DNA of 64,000 nucleotides from a virus (Duplodnaviria > Caudoviricetes). A program made the translations under genes and the position numbers. A model generated the notes under the pieces. The model ran no database searches. It saw nothing but the letters and a program-made list of their open reading frames with translations, and was not told where the DNA came from. Positions 39,973 to 53,521 of this stretch are shown here, piece by piece. Position 1 is the stretch's first letter, and every line of letters starts with the position of its first letter. The stretch covers positions 128,001 through 192,000 of IMG/VR virus record IMGVR_UViG_3300033074_000233. The stretch is one strand, 5' to 3'.

Positions 39973-40248
39973 ATGCTTATAAGAAGGCAAAGTCGGATGA
40001 GTGGTAAGTGGCATGAATGCGAAATGCCTATTACCAACACGCAGGCTGAGGACTACCTCAGCGGCGCACTGATTCAGGATGCTTTTCCGAATCTCTCGGA
40101 TAGCCAGCGCGAGTTTATACTCACTGGCATTACGCCTATCGAATGGGCCAAGACGTTTGGCAAACCCGTAGAACAAGGTGCCGACGAGTACAAGCCCTGC
40201 GAGGCACCCGTTCTTAACTTCACATCCGTAACTACTGGTCGGAGTTGA
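39973..40248 (+). CDS. Hypothetical phage protein
   Basis: LIQDAFPNLS..QREFILTGITP.EW; AGGAG RBS. Confidence 0.7.
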   Translation: MLIRRQSRMSGKWHECEMPITNTQAEDYLSGALIQDAFPNLSDSQREFILTGITPIEWAKTFGKPVEQGADEYKPCEAPVLNFTSVTTGRS

Positions 40249-40250
40249 AC

Positions 40251-40538
40251 ATGGCCAAGACAAAAATCGAGTACAACGAGCTGGTCCTCAAGGTTGACGA
40301 AGACGACCGCATCCTGTTCGCGGAGTTCACGTCCAGCAACCTGTCCGTCCTGGCTTACGACATTACCAACAAGCAGGTCATCGCGGTGTTCAAGAACAAC
40401 CCGGACAAACGGTACTTCTACAACGACGTACCGGCCAAGACCTTCTTCGAGGTCATGAGTGCCAAGAGCGTTGGCTCGGCGTTCAGCAAGTTGATAGTGA
40501 AAGGCGATTTTGCTTTTTATGACGAGGCCAACAAGTAA
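40251..40538 (+). CDS. KTSC domain protein
   Basis: SSNL..LAYD...KQ..AVFKN....Y.YNDVP...F..MSAKSVGS.F. Confidence 0.85.
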   Translation: MAKTKIEYNELVLKVDEDDRILFAEFTSSNLSVLAYDITNKQVIAVFKNNPDKRYFYNDVPAKTFFEVMSAKSVGSAFSKLIVKGDFAFYDEANK

Positions 40539-40548
40539 GGAGTAAGCC

Positions 40549-43500
40549 ATGAACGAAGAAACTCGCAGGCTCTGGAACAATGCGAATGAGGCAATCAAAC
40601 GCTACGCTAGGGCAGAGTACCACAGCCGTGCCGAGGCGGAAGCCGAGCAGGACATGGTCCGAGCGAAAGCCGAGTTCGAGGAACACCTGAACCGTTTGTG
40701 CAACAACCAGTCAACGTCAGAACCGGAGTCGCCGCATTGGGCGGCTCCCTCAGATTAAAGGAGTAGGCAATGAAAGATGAAGTAGTACGGATGCTCGCGG
40801 TATTCTTCGCACACGTCCGATGTGACCTGCACTGTTTCAAGAGTTTGCTGATTCATGCTCCTCATGATGTTGAAACCAAGTTGGTTATCCGTGAGGGCAA
40901 GGACTGGAAGTCGTCCAAAGTCCTGTTGATCCTTTCAGTGCAAGGCTCGCTGTTGAAAGGCGATCTGAAAATCTGGAAGTGCTTCTACAACCCACACAAC
41001 GTAAACGAGTTCGACAATCCGATAGACTGGCACAAGCATAGAACCTACAAAGTACCCAAGTAAACGGAGTAATAGACATGACTACAAGAAAAAAGCCTAA
41101 GAAAGACTTGTTAAGTCTTCTGGACCAGTACGTGGATACGCGCATTAAGTTGGCAAAGGCTAAAGAACAAGGTCTCAGTGGTCTGGAAGAAAGACAAGCC
41201 AACGAGGCAAGAGAAAGGCTTGAGGCCTATGTGAAAGAAAACGGTTGGAAACTTAAGGAGTAATAGACATGATTAAGTTCCTGAATCCGCACGATGCCGT
41301 GATCCTCAGTGAGTTGATCGCGCACGGTGAAAACACTTTCGGCGCTGCTGACTTCTGGACCAAGCGCGGTATGCTCGGTCCGTTGATCCGCAATGCGCTG
41401 CTGATGCCGCATGTCGAGGTGACGATCAGCACTCGCATCGGTGGTCGTCACGATCATCTGGAAAGCGGTAACGTGTACTTGCCGAAGGAGATCGACTTCG
41501 TTTGGCATGCCATTGATCGTAATGAAGGTGAAGCCTCGTTGTGCAAAGCAACCTTCAACGACTGGTTGAAGTTTGACGAAGAAGACGCCCGCAAGGAAAA
41601 GCGCCGCATGATGAACGGTGGCTGGGTCAATCATGGCAGCGACAACGCACCTGACTGGGGTTCGCACACATGAAAAACCAAGTCTTGGACGAAGAAATTT
41701 TGTCGGACGATTACCCGGTGTACGCAGACTACTGGTACGTTGCGGATGGTAAGCCCGTAAGAAGCGATTGGCACGGTATCACAGTTCGCCAGTTGAAGCA
41801 CTACTTGAAAGCCGAGGAAATAAGGCGCTGCGACATAGTTGGACGTACAGCAAGTGCCGGTTCTCCTCCTACGAGGTTGCCATGAAAAAAGAACTGGTCG
41901 CTGAGACACTCGGACATTGCCAGTACGCCCTGAGCGTTCACAGAGTTAAACGTGATGCCTCCGGTCGTAGGGCTTTCCAGCACCACATGTACTACGATGT
42001 GATCGTTAATGGTGACATAAAACACTCGGGCTTGTCGGCTGAGGACACTATAGTCCATCTGACGGCTACGATCAATAGTTTGACCAACGCAATGGGCAAA
42101 GCAGGAGTTAAAGTACCATGAAAAAGATTAAGCCGAAAGCCGCCTTGAAGAAGGGCGAAGCGAAAGCAAAGAAGAAAGCGGGCTTCACGATCAGCGCACA
42201 AGAGAAAGCCTGCGCTGAGGTAGTTGGAGATTTGTGGGAAATGATTGAAGACGACGACGGTGATGGTGTCAACTGGGGTGACGTTGAAGCATGTATGAAA
42301 AATCGAGGAGTATCCAAAGAATTTTTGCGAGAAATCATCAATAGACGGGCTATTGAAGAAATGTCTCGCAGAGATAAGGCTATTGCCTCACTGAAAGCAG
42401 CGTATAACAAGTTGCCCAAGCACCTCAAAGAAATCCTTGACAACATGGACAGCGACGATATGTGCGAAGCAATTTGTAACGGGGAGAGTTAAGTTATGAA
42501 CAGGGACGAGGTAATTCAGAGCATTCGTGACACAGGGCGGATTCCTGCAAAGGAAATCTGTCCGTTTCGCGTTGAATGCGCCATCGCTCAAGGCGGCGTT
42601 TGCGAACATATGGGGCACCAGCACACTGTTCCATACTCTTGTGGTGCAGCGCGTTCGTTCCCAGAGATTCTCAGGAGAGAGAAATGAAGGCAGAGACTCA
42701 AGAAGAAAAGATACAAGCAGCGCGAGACTACATGGCCCGACCTTTCACTCCTAAGGAACGGGGTGAACTCGAAGGCCTGATTCCCGATCACGTGATTACG
42801 CTGCTGGAAAAGCCTTCAGGAGAAGGTCGTAAGTGGATCGGTGACAACATGCGTATGGCAGATGAGCGCGTCGGTCGTATATCCTGGCTTGTCGTAGGCA
42901 TTGTGGTCATTGGTTTCGCAACGAGCATAGCATTGCCTCTTATCTTTGGCCACAGGTTGGACCTTTCCAACTACGGCAATATGCTTGTGGCCACAATGAT
43001 TGCCTTCATGCAATATGCCATGGAATCTCGGTACTACCAGAACAGGTACCTACGTCTTCTTGCTGCTCTTAACGGCTATCTGTTCGTTATGTCACAGCGT
43101 AGAGGCGACTGGCTGGACCTTCGTCTGGACGCAAACCGTGACAGACAGTTGGACTTTGTTCAGGAGATTGACGCTGCCTTCAAAGTGTTTGCTGATAAGG
43201 TAAATGCTTTGCCTGACTCAGAGACTACTCTCATGTTGAAAGAGGAAATGAAATCAATTTACGATACGACTGCAAATCCTCCAGCAACTCCTGAACCTGA
43301 AATCCGTATCATCAAAACTGACCAGCAAGAAGCCGAACTCAAGGCTTAGGAGACCAGCATGAAAAAGCCAACAGGTATTCGCTTGGTGTCGATTGCCAGA
43401 GCGCGCAAACTGAAACGTAAAGGTGTTCCCGTTTGGTGGAGTGTCCAGCACAGTTCGTTTGTGTGGGGTCCGACCACGTTTGATAATTTCACGCGCTTGG

Positions 43501-45907
43501 TAGTTAAAGGCGCGCGTCAACAACTGTTCAACGTCTTGAAACACTACGTTCCTGTTTGCACCAACAACATAAAGGACTACTACGCACGATGGGCAGTTGA
43601 AGAAGCCATTGACGACTGCGCCCTTGAAACATGGATGTACGATGAATACAAATGGCGTCAAAAGGGATGGGTCAAATGAACATACCGTCGTTTCCCAAAA
43701 GCCGCATCGACCGTTTCGAGCGTGAGTACTGGTCGCAAGTGAAAGGCAGTATGCGATACGGTCAAGCGTTCCATTCGTACTTGGGGCTGGAGAAACTTTC
43801 CATAGACAAGTACACGGACGGCAAGTTCTCCGACGAGAAAATCTGGCTGGATCGACTGTACAACGCGGACGACGCAATAGCCAAGAAAATGATTGAAGGT
43901 CGTACTGACTACGACAACTGAGGATAACAACATGGCCCCAGCAACAACAGTAGCAGTAAAAGCCGCGTATCTGGTATATGCGGTTACGTTTGGCACCGAT
44001 ACACGCACACCGAATCTTACCTACTTCAAGCAGCCCAGCATGGAAGTATGTCAGGAATCTGTGAAGGCTGCGAAAGTTGAAGTAGCAAAGAGTGGTGATG
44101 CGGAGACTACGGTTTCCGTGTTCTGTTCCGAAACGCGCGGCTCGAACTGAGGATACCATTGTGGAAATCCACATTAAAGAACTGACACCCCAGATGAAGT
44201 TTGTGATAAGACAGCAACTCCTGACTATTAAGGAAGTAGTAGACTACGCGAGGACGCATGACGTTGAGGAGATGGACGTTGACGCGCTGGAAGCCCTGTG
44301 TGACAAAGTAGAGTCCTCGACCAAGTATCTTTCTGGTTTTCTGGACGCTCTTGCCGAGGTGAGTGCTGACCTACAAAAGGACCCAGTATACATCGAGGGC
44401 TCTAACGCAGTAGATGCGGCGCTTGATCTGGCCGAAGAAATGATACACGGTTAAACACAAACTAAAGGTGATGAAAATGGACAATGTAAAAGTAATGACC
44501 TCGAACTATATTGGCAACATCGTCAACAACGAGATTCAGGTGACCTTTCCTGGTATGGGAAACTTCAACTCGTTTGTGCTTGGCCTGTGCGCACACGTCC
44601 TCATGTTTACCAGCAAGACTTCTCCGTTGTACGTTGATCCACAAATCAACGAGGAAAACTTCCACGTAGAGCCGACGAAACGGGCTTACGAGCGTCTCGG
44701 CCTCGGCGTCAAGACTACTGAATGTGGTTGGTCCAACGTGTGGATCAATCATGCGTTGCTGATTCAGAAGTTTGTAGAATCCTCGGCTCAGCGTCAGTTG
44801 TACCTCGATCATGAAAGCCGTATTGCTGCAAAGCAGGCGCTGACCTGTTTCGGTGCTTGGCGGAAATCCAACATAGAGGCTATCCAACGTAAGCGTGGTG
44901 AACGGTTTGGTAGCGCAACCGGCTGGCAGACGAATAATCCGCTGGAGTTCATCTACGCGCTTGAGGACAAGCACTACGAAATGTGGGAGTTCGACAACAA
45001 GATTTTCAACGGACGTATGGCTCTCCGCATCACGGACCGTGAGGATCGCCAGTATGTTTCGTACTACGACGGCATCAACGATTTCGTTAAGCGCGAACGT
45101 CGCAACGGTCGTTTCTTCAAGAGTATTGTTCACATAAACCGATACAACATGGAAACGGGAGTTGGAGGTCACGCTGTTAGTGCCAGAACTCTGGAACACG
45201 CTTTCAATGAGGAGAAAGCCAAGGACAAGTACTGGTTGGAAAACGAGACCGAGACGTTTGAGGATTGCTTCTGCAACTATCACCGCGAGGAAGTGTGATA
45301 TGAAAGTTTCTATCTATGTAAAGCGTGATAGGGAAAGCGTAGATGTTGGTAGGAAGTCTACGCACAAGTGTATCTTTAAGGCTCTGGACCTTCCGTTCAT
45401 TCCACGTATCGGAGATCAGGTAGTAGTACGTGAGGGCTTCTGCACTGAGACTGTTGAGGAAGTAATCTACTCAATACATTCAAACCATATACAGATATAC
45501 GTGGCTGGCTATGACAGAGACAACGAGTATCCTGAGGTGACCTAATGGCAGTCATAATCAACAAGCGTCGGGTAGAAGGATACTGGAATACTAAGGACAA
45601 CAAGTACCCGTATTATCCGAGGCCCGTTCGACACAACAAGAAGTGGAAGAAGTCCGAGTTCGTTGCTCGTCTCAAGGTTGTGCAGAACGACCTCGATGGA
45701 AAGACCAGTCAGGGATTCATGAAGGGCTGGAGCACCTGTCGAGTATGCCAAGCCAAGTGCGGCAGTAGTGAGTTTGCTCGTGGCAAGTACGACTGGCCTG
45801 ACGGTCTTGTCCACTACATCACCAAACACGGAGTGAAGCCCTCGGATGACTTCATCGAGTTCATCAACGCGGAATACCTCAAGATAACCAAAGGAGAATT
45901 ACAATGA
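40549..45907 (+). other. Cluster of hypothetical genes (including 41269-41673, 42118-42492, 42684-43349 membrane, 43359-43679, 44468-45298, 45545-45907)
   Basis: Packed co-oriented ORFs with RBSs. Confidence 0.65.
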
Positions 45908-46740
45908 TTACGCTTCGTGGAATCAATCTCGACAAACTCAACAGCATCACCAAGTATCCCAGTATCCCGACGTACCACACGCTCGGTGATCGTGGTATCC
46001 TGCAGCAGGACCACATCGACTTCTCCTCTTTTGACAAGGTTGAAGCAACTGAGAAAGTTGATGGTACCAACTCGCGCATCATCATGCTCATCAACCCGTC
46101 CTTGCCTCAGGGCTTCCAGTTCGTGCTGGGTTCCCGTGAGGAACTATTGTACGCACGCGGTGACCTGATTGGCAATCCGAGTATGGGCATTGTAGACGCC
46201 CTACGCAACACGGCAGAAAGCATCGGTCGCCAGATGCTGGAAGACTTCGAGGAAATTGACTTCGACCGAGAAAACTTCTACACGTTCTACTTTGAGACCT
46301 ACGGCGGCAAGGTCGGCGCCAATGCCAAGAACTACACCCGTGAAGGCAAGGTCGGTCATCGCCTGTTCGACATTGTGAACACCAGCGTAACCGAGTTCCT
46401 TTCCCTTCAGGAGAAAGAGGGCTCACACATCGCGCGCTGGAGAGAAGAGGAACAAGGCCAGAAGTTCCTGGATAGCGTGTCGATGGACTCCGTTGCCGAT
46501 CATCTTGGCCTTGAGCGAGTTCCGGTTACTACGGTGAATACCCAGTATCTTCCGAACACCCTTGTAGAAGGCGGTGAGTTTCTCAAGGCCTTCGCTCAGA
46601 CTACGCAGGTTGCCCTTGACGACACTGGTATGCTCAAGCCTGAAGGCATAGTCGTGCGTTCGACGGACCGTAGCAAGATTGCCAAGATTCGCTACGAAGA
46701 TTACGAGCGTACCCTCAAGTTTCTCTCCAAGAAGGGCTGA
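45904..46740 (+). CDS. ATP-dependent RNA ligase family protein (Rnl2-like)
   Basis: KYPSI, TEKVDGTN (motif I), ETYG, LFDI, PEGIVVR, KI.KIR. Confidence 0.8.
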   Translation: MITLRGINLDKLNSITKYPSIPTYHTLGDRGILQQDHIDFSSFDKVEATEKVDGTNSRIIMLINPSLPQGFQFVLGSREELLYARGDLIGNPSMGIVDALRNTAESIGRQMLEDFEEIDFDRENFYTFYFETYGGKVGANAKNYTREGKVGHRLFDIVNTSVTEFLSLQEKEGSHIARWREEEQGQKFLDSVSMDSVADHLGLERVPVTTVNTQYLPNTLVEGGEFLKAFAQTTQVALDDTGMLKPEGIVVRSTDRSKIAKIRYEDYERTLKFLSKKG

Positions 46741-46744
46741 TGAC

Positions 46745-49091
46745 ATGGAAATCCAAAGACTGCGTAACCTTACCACAGGCATCCTGCACACCGAAATCGG
46801 TCACATCTACGAGGACATTGAACTGCTCACGGGTGAGAAAGGCATCATGACCCACATGCTGCCCAATGCAATGCGGGCTATGGAGCTCATTCTTCGCGCC
46901 CGACTGAAAGACGACCGCTTTTTCCATAAGACTTGGGACAAGGAGCACAAGGGTGAAGTTGATATGCAGCCGTTCGCTGCCCACGAGAAGGCCGTGTTTT
47001 GGGATAACTACAGGGCTCTTCCGTCTCTCTTAGAAGGAAAGAAAGTAATAGAGGTCCTGGTGGATGAAGCGAAGTCGTCATGAAATGGTACTGCACCGAT
47101 CTGGACGAAAACGGGTTCTTCAAACTACACGTTGAAACCAAGTACGCTTCCGCTTGGAAACGAATGCGTATGACGCCAAGGTTCTGGTTTGAAGTGAGCG
47201 CGTTGAAAGCACGGCTGAAACCGTCACGCGGTGGGCTGTATATCATTCAATTTTGCGGAGTGTGAGGAGAGTAACATGAAATACATCACTACGAAAACCG
47301 AAGAAGGCAAAGAAGAAATCTTCCTTTTTCCAAAGGACGTTAATCACGATTGCATGATGGAAATGCTTGGCTTCATCAAGAACCAAACAGGCGGGCAGTG
47401 GGAGCGCGTTTACCGCGAGGCTATTTCGGCTGGCTTCGTTGATGGTAACATGAAGTGTCACGGCCACAGCGAAACCCTCAAGTTGAAATCCCGACCAACC
47501 GAGGATACTGCGTTGCTCAAGAAGCAGTTAGGAGGCTGATATGAAACTGGTACATCAGGATCATACCAAGTGTCCGAGTTGTGGTCACACCCACAGCGAG
47601 TTGTACTTCGAGTTTGACTACGTTGATCGGTACAAGTCCGGTCCACGTAAAGGTCAGGTCAAGACAGCCCGACAAGAGAAAGCGGTATTCCGTAGTGGTC
47701 AACCGTTCGATGAAATCCTGTCGGATGCCGGTAACACAGCCATACCACTTGTCGTCAAGGACGAGGACTCGTTCAACTATCACAAGAAGGTTTTAGCCTG
47801 TCCAAACTGCCGAGTGGTATTCGTTGCTGGCAAGTGCAATGATCCAGTCCTGTTCACTGAGGGGTTCCGATGACATGACTAAGAAACTGAGCGACGTAAA
47901 ACGTATTGAGATAAGTCAGGAATACACCGCAGTACGAGTCACGACCTATAAGCAAATTCTCGCGCTTGGTTGGGAAACGGCCCGGCGCTTGAACATCTAC
48001 GATCCCGTAGACGGTGAGGTGTATTTCGTGGACAACATCTACAACTGGATTCAGGCCAATCCACGATTCCATAGCAGACAAATATTGGAAGTGGAAGTAG
48101 CCAGCACTGACAACATAAAAATCGTTTACAACACCTAGAAGGAGAACCGAAATGAGCACAGTAACTGCCACGTTTGCCGAAGAACTTTGGGCTGAGGCCA
48201 GAGACGTTCGCCTCAAGGCCGAGACGGAGCGTAACGAAACCAAGAAGCGTCTCCTGCAGATGCTTATGTCCGAGACCCGAAAGCAGGCCAAGCATGCCAC
48301 TAAGAAGGGCGAGGACAAATGCGAAATCCACTTTCCTACCGTGTATGAGCAAGAACCCTTGCACAAGGATGTTGTTGTCACGTCCTTCAGAAAGGAACTC
48401 CTAGCCCTAGGCTTCAACAAGCGCGAAGTCGTCTGGGCCTTCCATGAGGTGAATAGCAGCGACAATGAAAAGGGCAAGCACCTCATACTACGTCTGGCCT
48501 GGGATGAGCCGCTTGACTCCCGCTCGGTCAGCGAACTTTTGAATCCTCCAGTAGAAAAGGCCTGAAAAGCATTCTGTAAAGTACAGTTGCGTTTCTACTT
48601 TTCGAGGGATAAGGTCTGTGGACGACTATATATCAAGGCTCAGAAAGTCAATCCTGATTGGCACGGTTACAACGAACGATTCCTTTGACGCTAGGACCCA
48701 CATCAAGGTTCTGACCAAGATAGGTGACGAAGTAATCTCCAAGTATTCCCCTAACCTGCAGGTCCATGTCAAGGCAGAAGTGGCCATGCAGATAGAGGAC
48801 GAGAAAGGAAACATCACCGATGTTATGTGTGAATACCTAATCCTGTCTGTCGGAAGTCGGGCAGCCAAGATTGTGTATGACGGTCAGATCAATGAGTGCT
48901 ACATTCACTTCACGGTAAGCACCACGCCGTCGTGGGTTCGTTTCTACTACGGACACATGGTCACGATCTTCTGCCCTGACATTCCAATGTCCAACGTGAT
49001 TCTCGGTGCTGTCTTTGAAGGTAAGGACACAGACAAAGACGAGGAAGATACCAAGCCAGCAGAACGTCCTAAACTTACTTTGGTGAAATGA
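46745..49091 (+). other. Hypothetical genes (46745-47083, 47276-47539, 47541-47873, 48152-48565, 48618-49091 and others)
   Basis: Packed co-oriented ORFs. Confidence 0.6.
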
Positions 49092-49298
49092 AATGGAAGA
49101 TTCCGACTTCGCAAAAGCAATAAGACAGGCAGACCTCAGGCTGCGCGACATTATACAGCACAGGTTAGCAGGTCGTCAGGCACTCGCCGAGCCTAGACTA
49201 ACTGACGAGGATATTGAAGCCTTAATTATTTTTATCGCAAGCAGGGGCTTTGTTCAAAAAGTTTAATGCGTAAGCAATCCTAAAACAGGAGAAACGCT

Positions 49299-51239
49299 AT
49301 GCCCGTCAATCAAACTACAACTTATCCTCCAACACGACCAGTCTGGGTAATCGGACTGGAGTATCTTGAACTGTCCCTGCTCAACTGGTTCGTTACCACG
49401 CATATGATTCCACAAATGACTCGGGCGGTTGCTGAAGCCGAGGTGGGACGGGGTCTTACACGCGAGCGCATTGAAGAACTGTTGGCTACAGGACAAATGC
49501 TGTTCCGTAGGAATACAACTCCAAAACTTCAACAGTATTACACCTTCTTCACCAAGAATATGGTGAAGGCCGTTCGGAACCACTCCGACAAAATCATGTT
49601 CGCTGATTCCAGTATGTTCTCTGGACTTACTAACTTGGAATTTGAGGCTCACGCATTTGACGGTGCGGATTATTTTTATAGAGCAGCGCAGCATAGGCAG
49701 TGTGTATACATCACGTTCCAAACTGCGTACAACCCGGCTCACGGTTTTGCCCAAGAGAGCGAGCGTTACGAATACTACGTCGTGGAAAGAAACAATACCG
49801 GATATATTCTTGGTTCCTCACGTTTTCCATCCCCACCCAATAGAAACGTACATGGGCTAGGTCCGTCAGTATCCTACACTGACTCCTGGATTTCTAATCC
49901 TCATAGTGTTCGTCTGCCCGAGCACGTTATCAATAGTTTGTCCTACCAGAACAGGACATCCGAGTCTTACGCTATTGTCTCGCCTATAAACAATAGGTTT
50001 GTAGACAAAGCCTCCTATATTCTGGATTGGCTCTCAAGCGACAGCGCGCCAAAGAACCTGAACAAACTTAACTACTTCGATGCGCTCCGTAAGGCTGGAG
50101 AGTGGCATGAGGAGAGAACTCGCAGGCGTAATGCGGCTATGCGTTCGCCAGTTCGTCCTGGGGTGACCGTTACGGAAGTTGATGTGTCTAGGCGTGTACT
50201 GGACTTGAGTAATAGAACCGATATGGACATCTTCATGGCTGGGCGCATAGCTGGAAGGACTAATACCTTTAGAGCCATGTTTGACCTTGAGCGTGGTCAA
50301 ATGGTTTATCCAACAAAGAAAGAGACTCAAGTTACTGAGGTTACAGAAGCCGATTACACGTTGATTTGGGAACGTGATGGATGGAGAGTATTTGCTCTGG
50401 AATCTCAAGCGGCCTTCGTCAAAGAGTCAGAGTTGATGAGTCACTGTATTGGTGAGTCTCCTCGTTATTGGAGGATGAAGGAAGAGGACCCGCACCATTA
50501 TATCGCAATGACTCTAAGATCTCCTGCCGAACAGGGCTTCGGTAAAGCAACGGCGACGTTCGACTACTATCCGGCACGAGGCTTTACGCAACTAAAAGGG
50601 TACGACAACAGGAGTCTAACGATTGGTGCATCGGATATGTTCGTTAGGTTCCTTGATGATATTGCGCGCTTTGGTGTTGAGTACACCTCACCGTTGTTTA
50701 CGAAGAACGAGGATGAATATGCCAACAGCACGCCCTTTCCGATGATCTACGCAGCGAAGTGGTTTGATTATGGGAACCTAGCCACGGCCTTTCATGGCGA
50801 TGCTCGTGTTGTTAAAAACTACTTGGACAGAAATGTACATATTCCCTCAGCGATTGATACGCTATTAAATCCTATTACCAAGTCTAACATTGAGCAGATG
50901 CGTAAAGAGTACATCAATGGCGAGGAAGTTCAGATAAGGTTCTTGGAAGAGCCACGTGGCGGTTTGACTTGGGTAGGTGTTGATGAAGTTGCACCGTTAC
51001 ACCAGATACAGGCCTTGGATAGACTGTTAAGAGCACGTGAGGGATCTAGAGTGGGAAATCCAGAGTATGGTGTGCCGATACAGGACCTTATTGCTCAGGA
51101 CCCGAACCCGTGCAACGAAGTTGAGATTCCTGTTAGTCCTTCTGTAGTAACCGTTGAAACCGGTCAAGCCACAACTATTCACCTTCCTGAGGTCCCGGAA
51201 GGCACCACATTCCGTATCTACCGTAATCGAGGAAACTAA
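49299..51239 (+). CDS. Large protein with a PcfJ-like segment
   Basis: EWH..., L.S..AF.KESELMSHCIG...Y...LR, QLKGYDN. Confidence 0.65.
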   Translation: MPVNQTTTYPPTRPVWVIGLEYLELSLLNWFVTTHMIPQMTRAVAEAEVGRGLTRERIEELLATGQMLFRRNTTPKLQQYYTFFTKNMVKAVRNHSDKIMFADSSMFSGLTNLEFEAHAFDGADYFYRAAQHRQCVYITFQTAYNPAHGFAQESERYEYYVVERNNTGYILGSSRFPSPPNRNVHGLGPSVSYTDSWISNPHSVRLPEHVINSLSYQNRTSESYAIVSPINNRFVDKASYILDWLSSDSAPKNLNKLNYFDALRKAGEWHEERTRRRNAAMRSPVRPGVTVTEVDVSRRVLDLSNRTDMDIFMAGRIAGRTNTFRAMFDLERGQMVYPTKKETQVTEVTEADYTLIWERDGWRVFALESQAAFVKESELMSHCIGESPRYWRMKEEDPHHYIAMTLRSPAEQGFGKATATFDYYPARGFTQLKGYDNRSLTIGASDMFVRFLDDIARFGVEYTSPLFTKNEDEYANSTPFPMIYAAKWFDYGNLATAFHGDARVVKNYLDRNVHIPSAIDTLLNPITKSNIEQMRKEYINGEEVQIRFLEEPRGGLTWVGVDEVAPLHQIQALDRLLRAREGSRVGNPEYGVPIQDLIAQDPNPCNEVEIPVSPSVVTVETGQATTIHLPEVPEGTTFRIYRNRGN

Positions 51240-51243
51240 GTCA

Positions 51244-51711
51244 ATGGATTGTCCGACTGTACCCAGAAAGAGGGCCCCAAAGATGCCGCGCATGAAAGTT
51301 AAAGGTGTACCTGGAAGTAGAAACAAAGAAGAATTGCTTCGGGCAAAAGAGGTAGGCTGCTTTAAGTGTCTCGAAACCTACTCTCCGAAGGATATCAAGG
51401 AATGGATTGACAGAGGTGAGACTGCTCTTTGCCCTATGTCTAAGTGCGGAGTTGATTCGGTCATTGCGCGTAACGCCAACGATTCGGCTATGGCCTTCGA
51501 GACCCGCCTGAAAAAATTGAAGGAAGAACGATTTGACGGCGTGTATGACAAGTCCAGAGAAGACGGTACTGCTATTGTGATCGACGCTGGTATGAGTGAT
51601 CGTGGTGAGTACGTTACCGTGAAGATGTTTGGCTCAGACCGCATTGTCACGCACTACGAATCCGATCCTGACGGAGCCTTCCAACGTATTGAAGCACTTT
51701 CGAGGCACTGA
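51244..51711 (+). CDS. Cys-rich hypothetical protein
   Basis: GCF.CL..Y.P.DI.EWID.GETALCP..CGVDSVI. Confidence 0.65.
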   Translation: MDCPTVPRKRAPKMPRMKVKGVPGSRNKEELLRAKEVGCFKCLETYSPKDIKEWIDRGETALCPMSKCGVDSVIARNANDSAMAFETRLKKLKEERFDGVYDKSREDGTAIVIDAGMSDRGEYVTVKMFGSDRIVTHYESDPDGAFQRIEALSRH

Positions 51712-52202
51712 TATGGCAATCACACCAAAATCCGTAACAATACGGAGTCCACATTACCTCAAGCCTGTAGAGGTCGAGTTTAAGGGCCTTTCCTTCTACA
51801 AGAAAAAAGATGATGGTCCGTTCTATATTTCAGGAGGACGTGACGCTCATGCCTTAGTGCTTGGGTTCAACGTACATCGTGAGGTCCATTACAGTGGAGA
51901 TACAGGCGAAGAAATTTCGGATACTTTCCAGATCAAGTACACTCTGTTGTGTGAGAAGGATTCAGCATGAAGCCCCCATTCAATGAAGTTCCGTCTTACT
52001 GGTGGGACATGGAAGATCATAACGGTAAGCCACACATTATTGTTGAGAGCAACGATGATCGCTTTCCTGTAGTGGGTAGGTTTCAGTATGATCCAGACTC
52101 AAAAGAGGCAGCTGAGCCTGCTATAAAAGACGCGGACAAACTTATTGAGGACTTGAAAGCAGGACGAGTTGATCCGCGCAAACTTTACAAGGATCTTACC
52201 AA

Positions 52203-53069
52203 ATGAAAATCAAAGTAACACCCAACTGGAAGAATCACATTCGACTTGAGTTCTCGTCAGGCAATCCAGACAACGATCATCCTGAGTCGGGTATCACGAT
52301 TGCCTTCTGGAGGTGGTATATCCAGATCAACTGCTGGATGCCATTCAAACCGATTGAAAAGAAAGTGAAAGCCACGTTCTGGGACGCTGCTACCATAGAG
52401 CGTATGGGTCGGGACTGGTATATCAACTACATCGAGCGCCGTTACGGTTTCTATGTGTGTGACGGTCACTTCAACGTGAACTACGGTCGGTATACGCATG
52501 ATAGCAGCACAGAACAACGCTGGTCCATGTTTCTTCCTTGGACTCAGTGGCGTCACGTTCGCCACACTATGTACAACATAGACGGCTCCGTGTTCTTCGA
52601 GGAACTTGAAGGCAAGAAGGGTCAGAAGAAAGACTGGATGGAATGGCACAAAGCCAGAGATAATCTTCCTAAGGTCTGCTTCCGTTTCGCTGACTACGAC
52701 GGTGAGATAATTGAGGTCGAGACCTTTGCGGAAGAGCGTCAATGGAAGTTCGGTACCGGATGGTTCAAGTGGCTGTCTTGGTTCCGCAAGGACCTCGTAA
52801 AGCGTTCACTTGACCTTGACTTCACCAAGGAGGTGGGCAAGCGCAAGGGTTCATGGAAAGGCGGTACCCTTGGTCACAGCGTGGACCTTGGTCCAAACGA
52901 ACTGTATGAAACGGCCTTCAAACGGTACTGCAAAGAACATAACCTGACTTACTTGCAAATGATTCCTGCAGTCAGTGACCTATCAAGGAAGAAGTGGCGC
53001 AAGCAAGAGTCGAACCTTGAGGCATGTGCTGCCGATGGTGGTGCATCAGCACAGGTGAAGAAAGCATGA
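52203..53069 (+). CDS. Trp-rich hypothetical phage protein
   Basis: 288 aa ORF; GSWKGGTLG. Confidence 0.7.
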   Translation: MKIKVTPNWKNHIRLEFSSGNPDNDHPESGITIAFWRWYIQINCWMPFKPIEKKVKATFWDAATIERMGRDWYINYIERRYGFYVCDGHFNVNYGRYTHDSSTEQRWSMFLPWTQWRHVRHTMYNIDGSVFFEELEGKKGQKKDWMEWHKARDNLPKVCFRFADYDGEIIEVETFAEERQWKFGTGWFKWLSWFRKDLVKRSLDLDFTKEVGKRKGSWKGGTLGHSVDLGPNELYETAFKRYCKEHNLTYLQMIPAVSDLSRKKWRKQESNLEACAADGGASAQVKKA

Positions 53070-53521
53070 TACCTAAGTATGGGTCTGTAGAAGCCCGCAA
53101 TCCTCGGATCAAGTACGATCATGCTACTGGATCGAAAATGCTCGTTCACAAATGTGGCTGCAACGAGGACGGCTGTCAACTGTGTCATTGGGACCGATTC
53201 AAGATTCCAGCACACAAGAATAGAGAAGAACGTCGGAGAGCCAAGCATGAGGCCAAGAGCACCGGTAAAGTGTAGTGAGTGTAAGACGCAAACTTATGAT
53301 TGCGTTCTACTGCCTGCCTCTACGTGGTATTTCATCTTCGATCACGACTCCTCGAAGGAGAACATGCTACCTGGATGGGGCTGGCCGATTCAGAAGGTAA
53401 CCCGTGAAGTCTGGGAAATGGCCCGGGCCAAGCGCGATACCTACTCACCTGTATACGGCAAGATATTCAAGTGCTGGATACCGTACTGTAAGGACTGCAT
53501 GATGCCAAAGAGGAAAGTCGC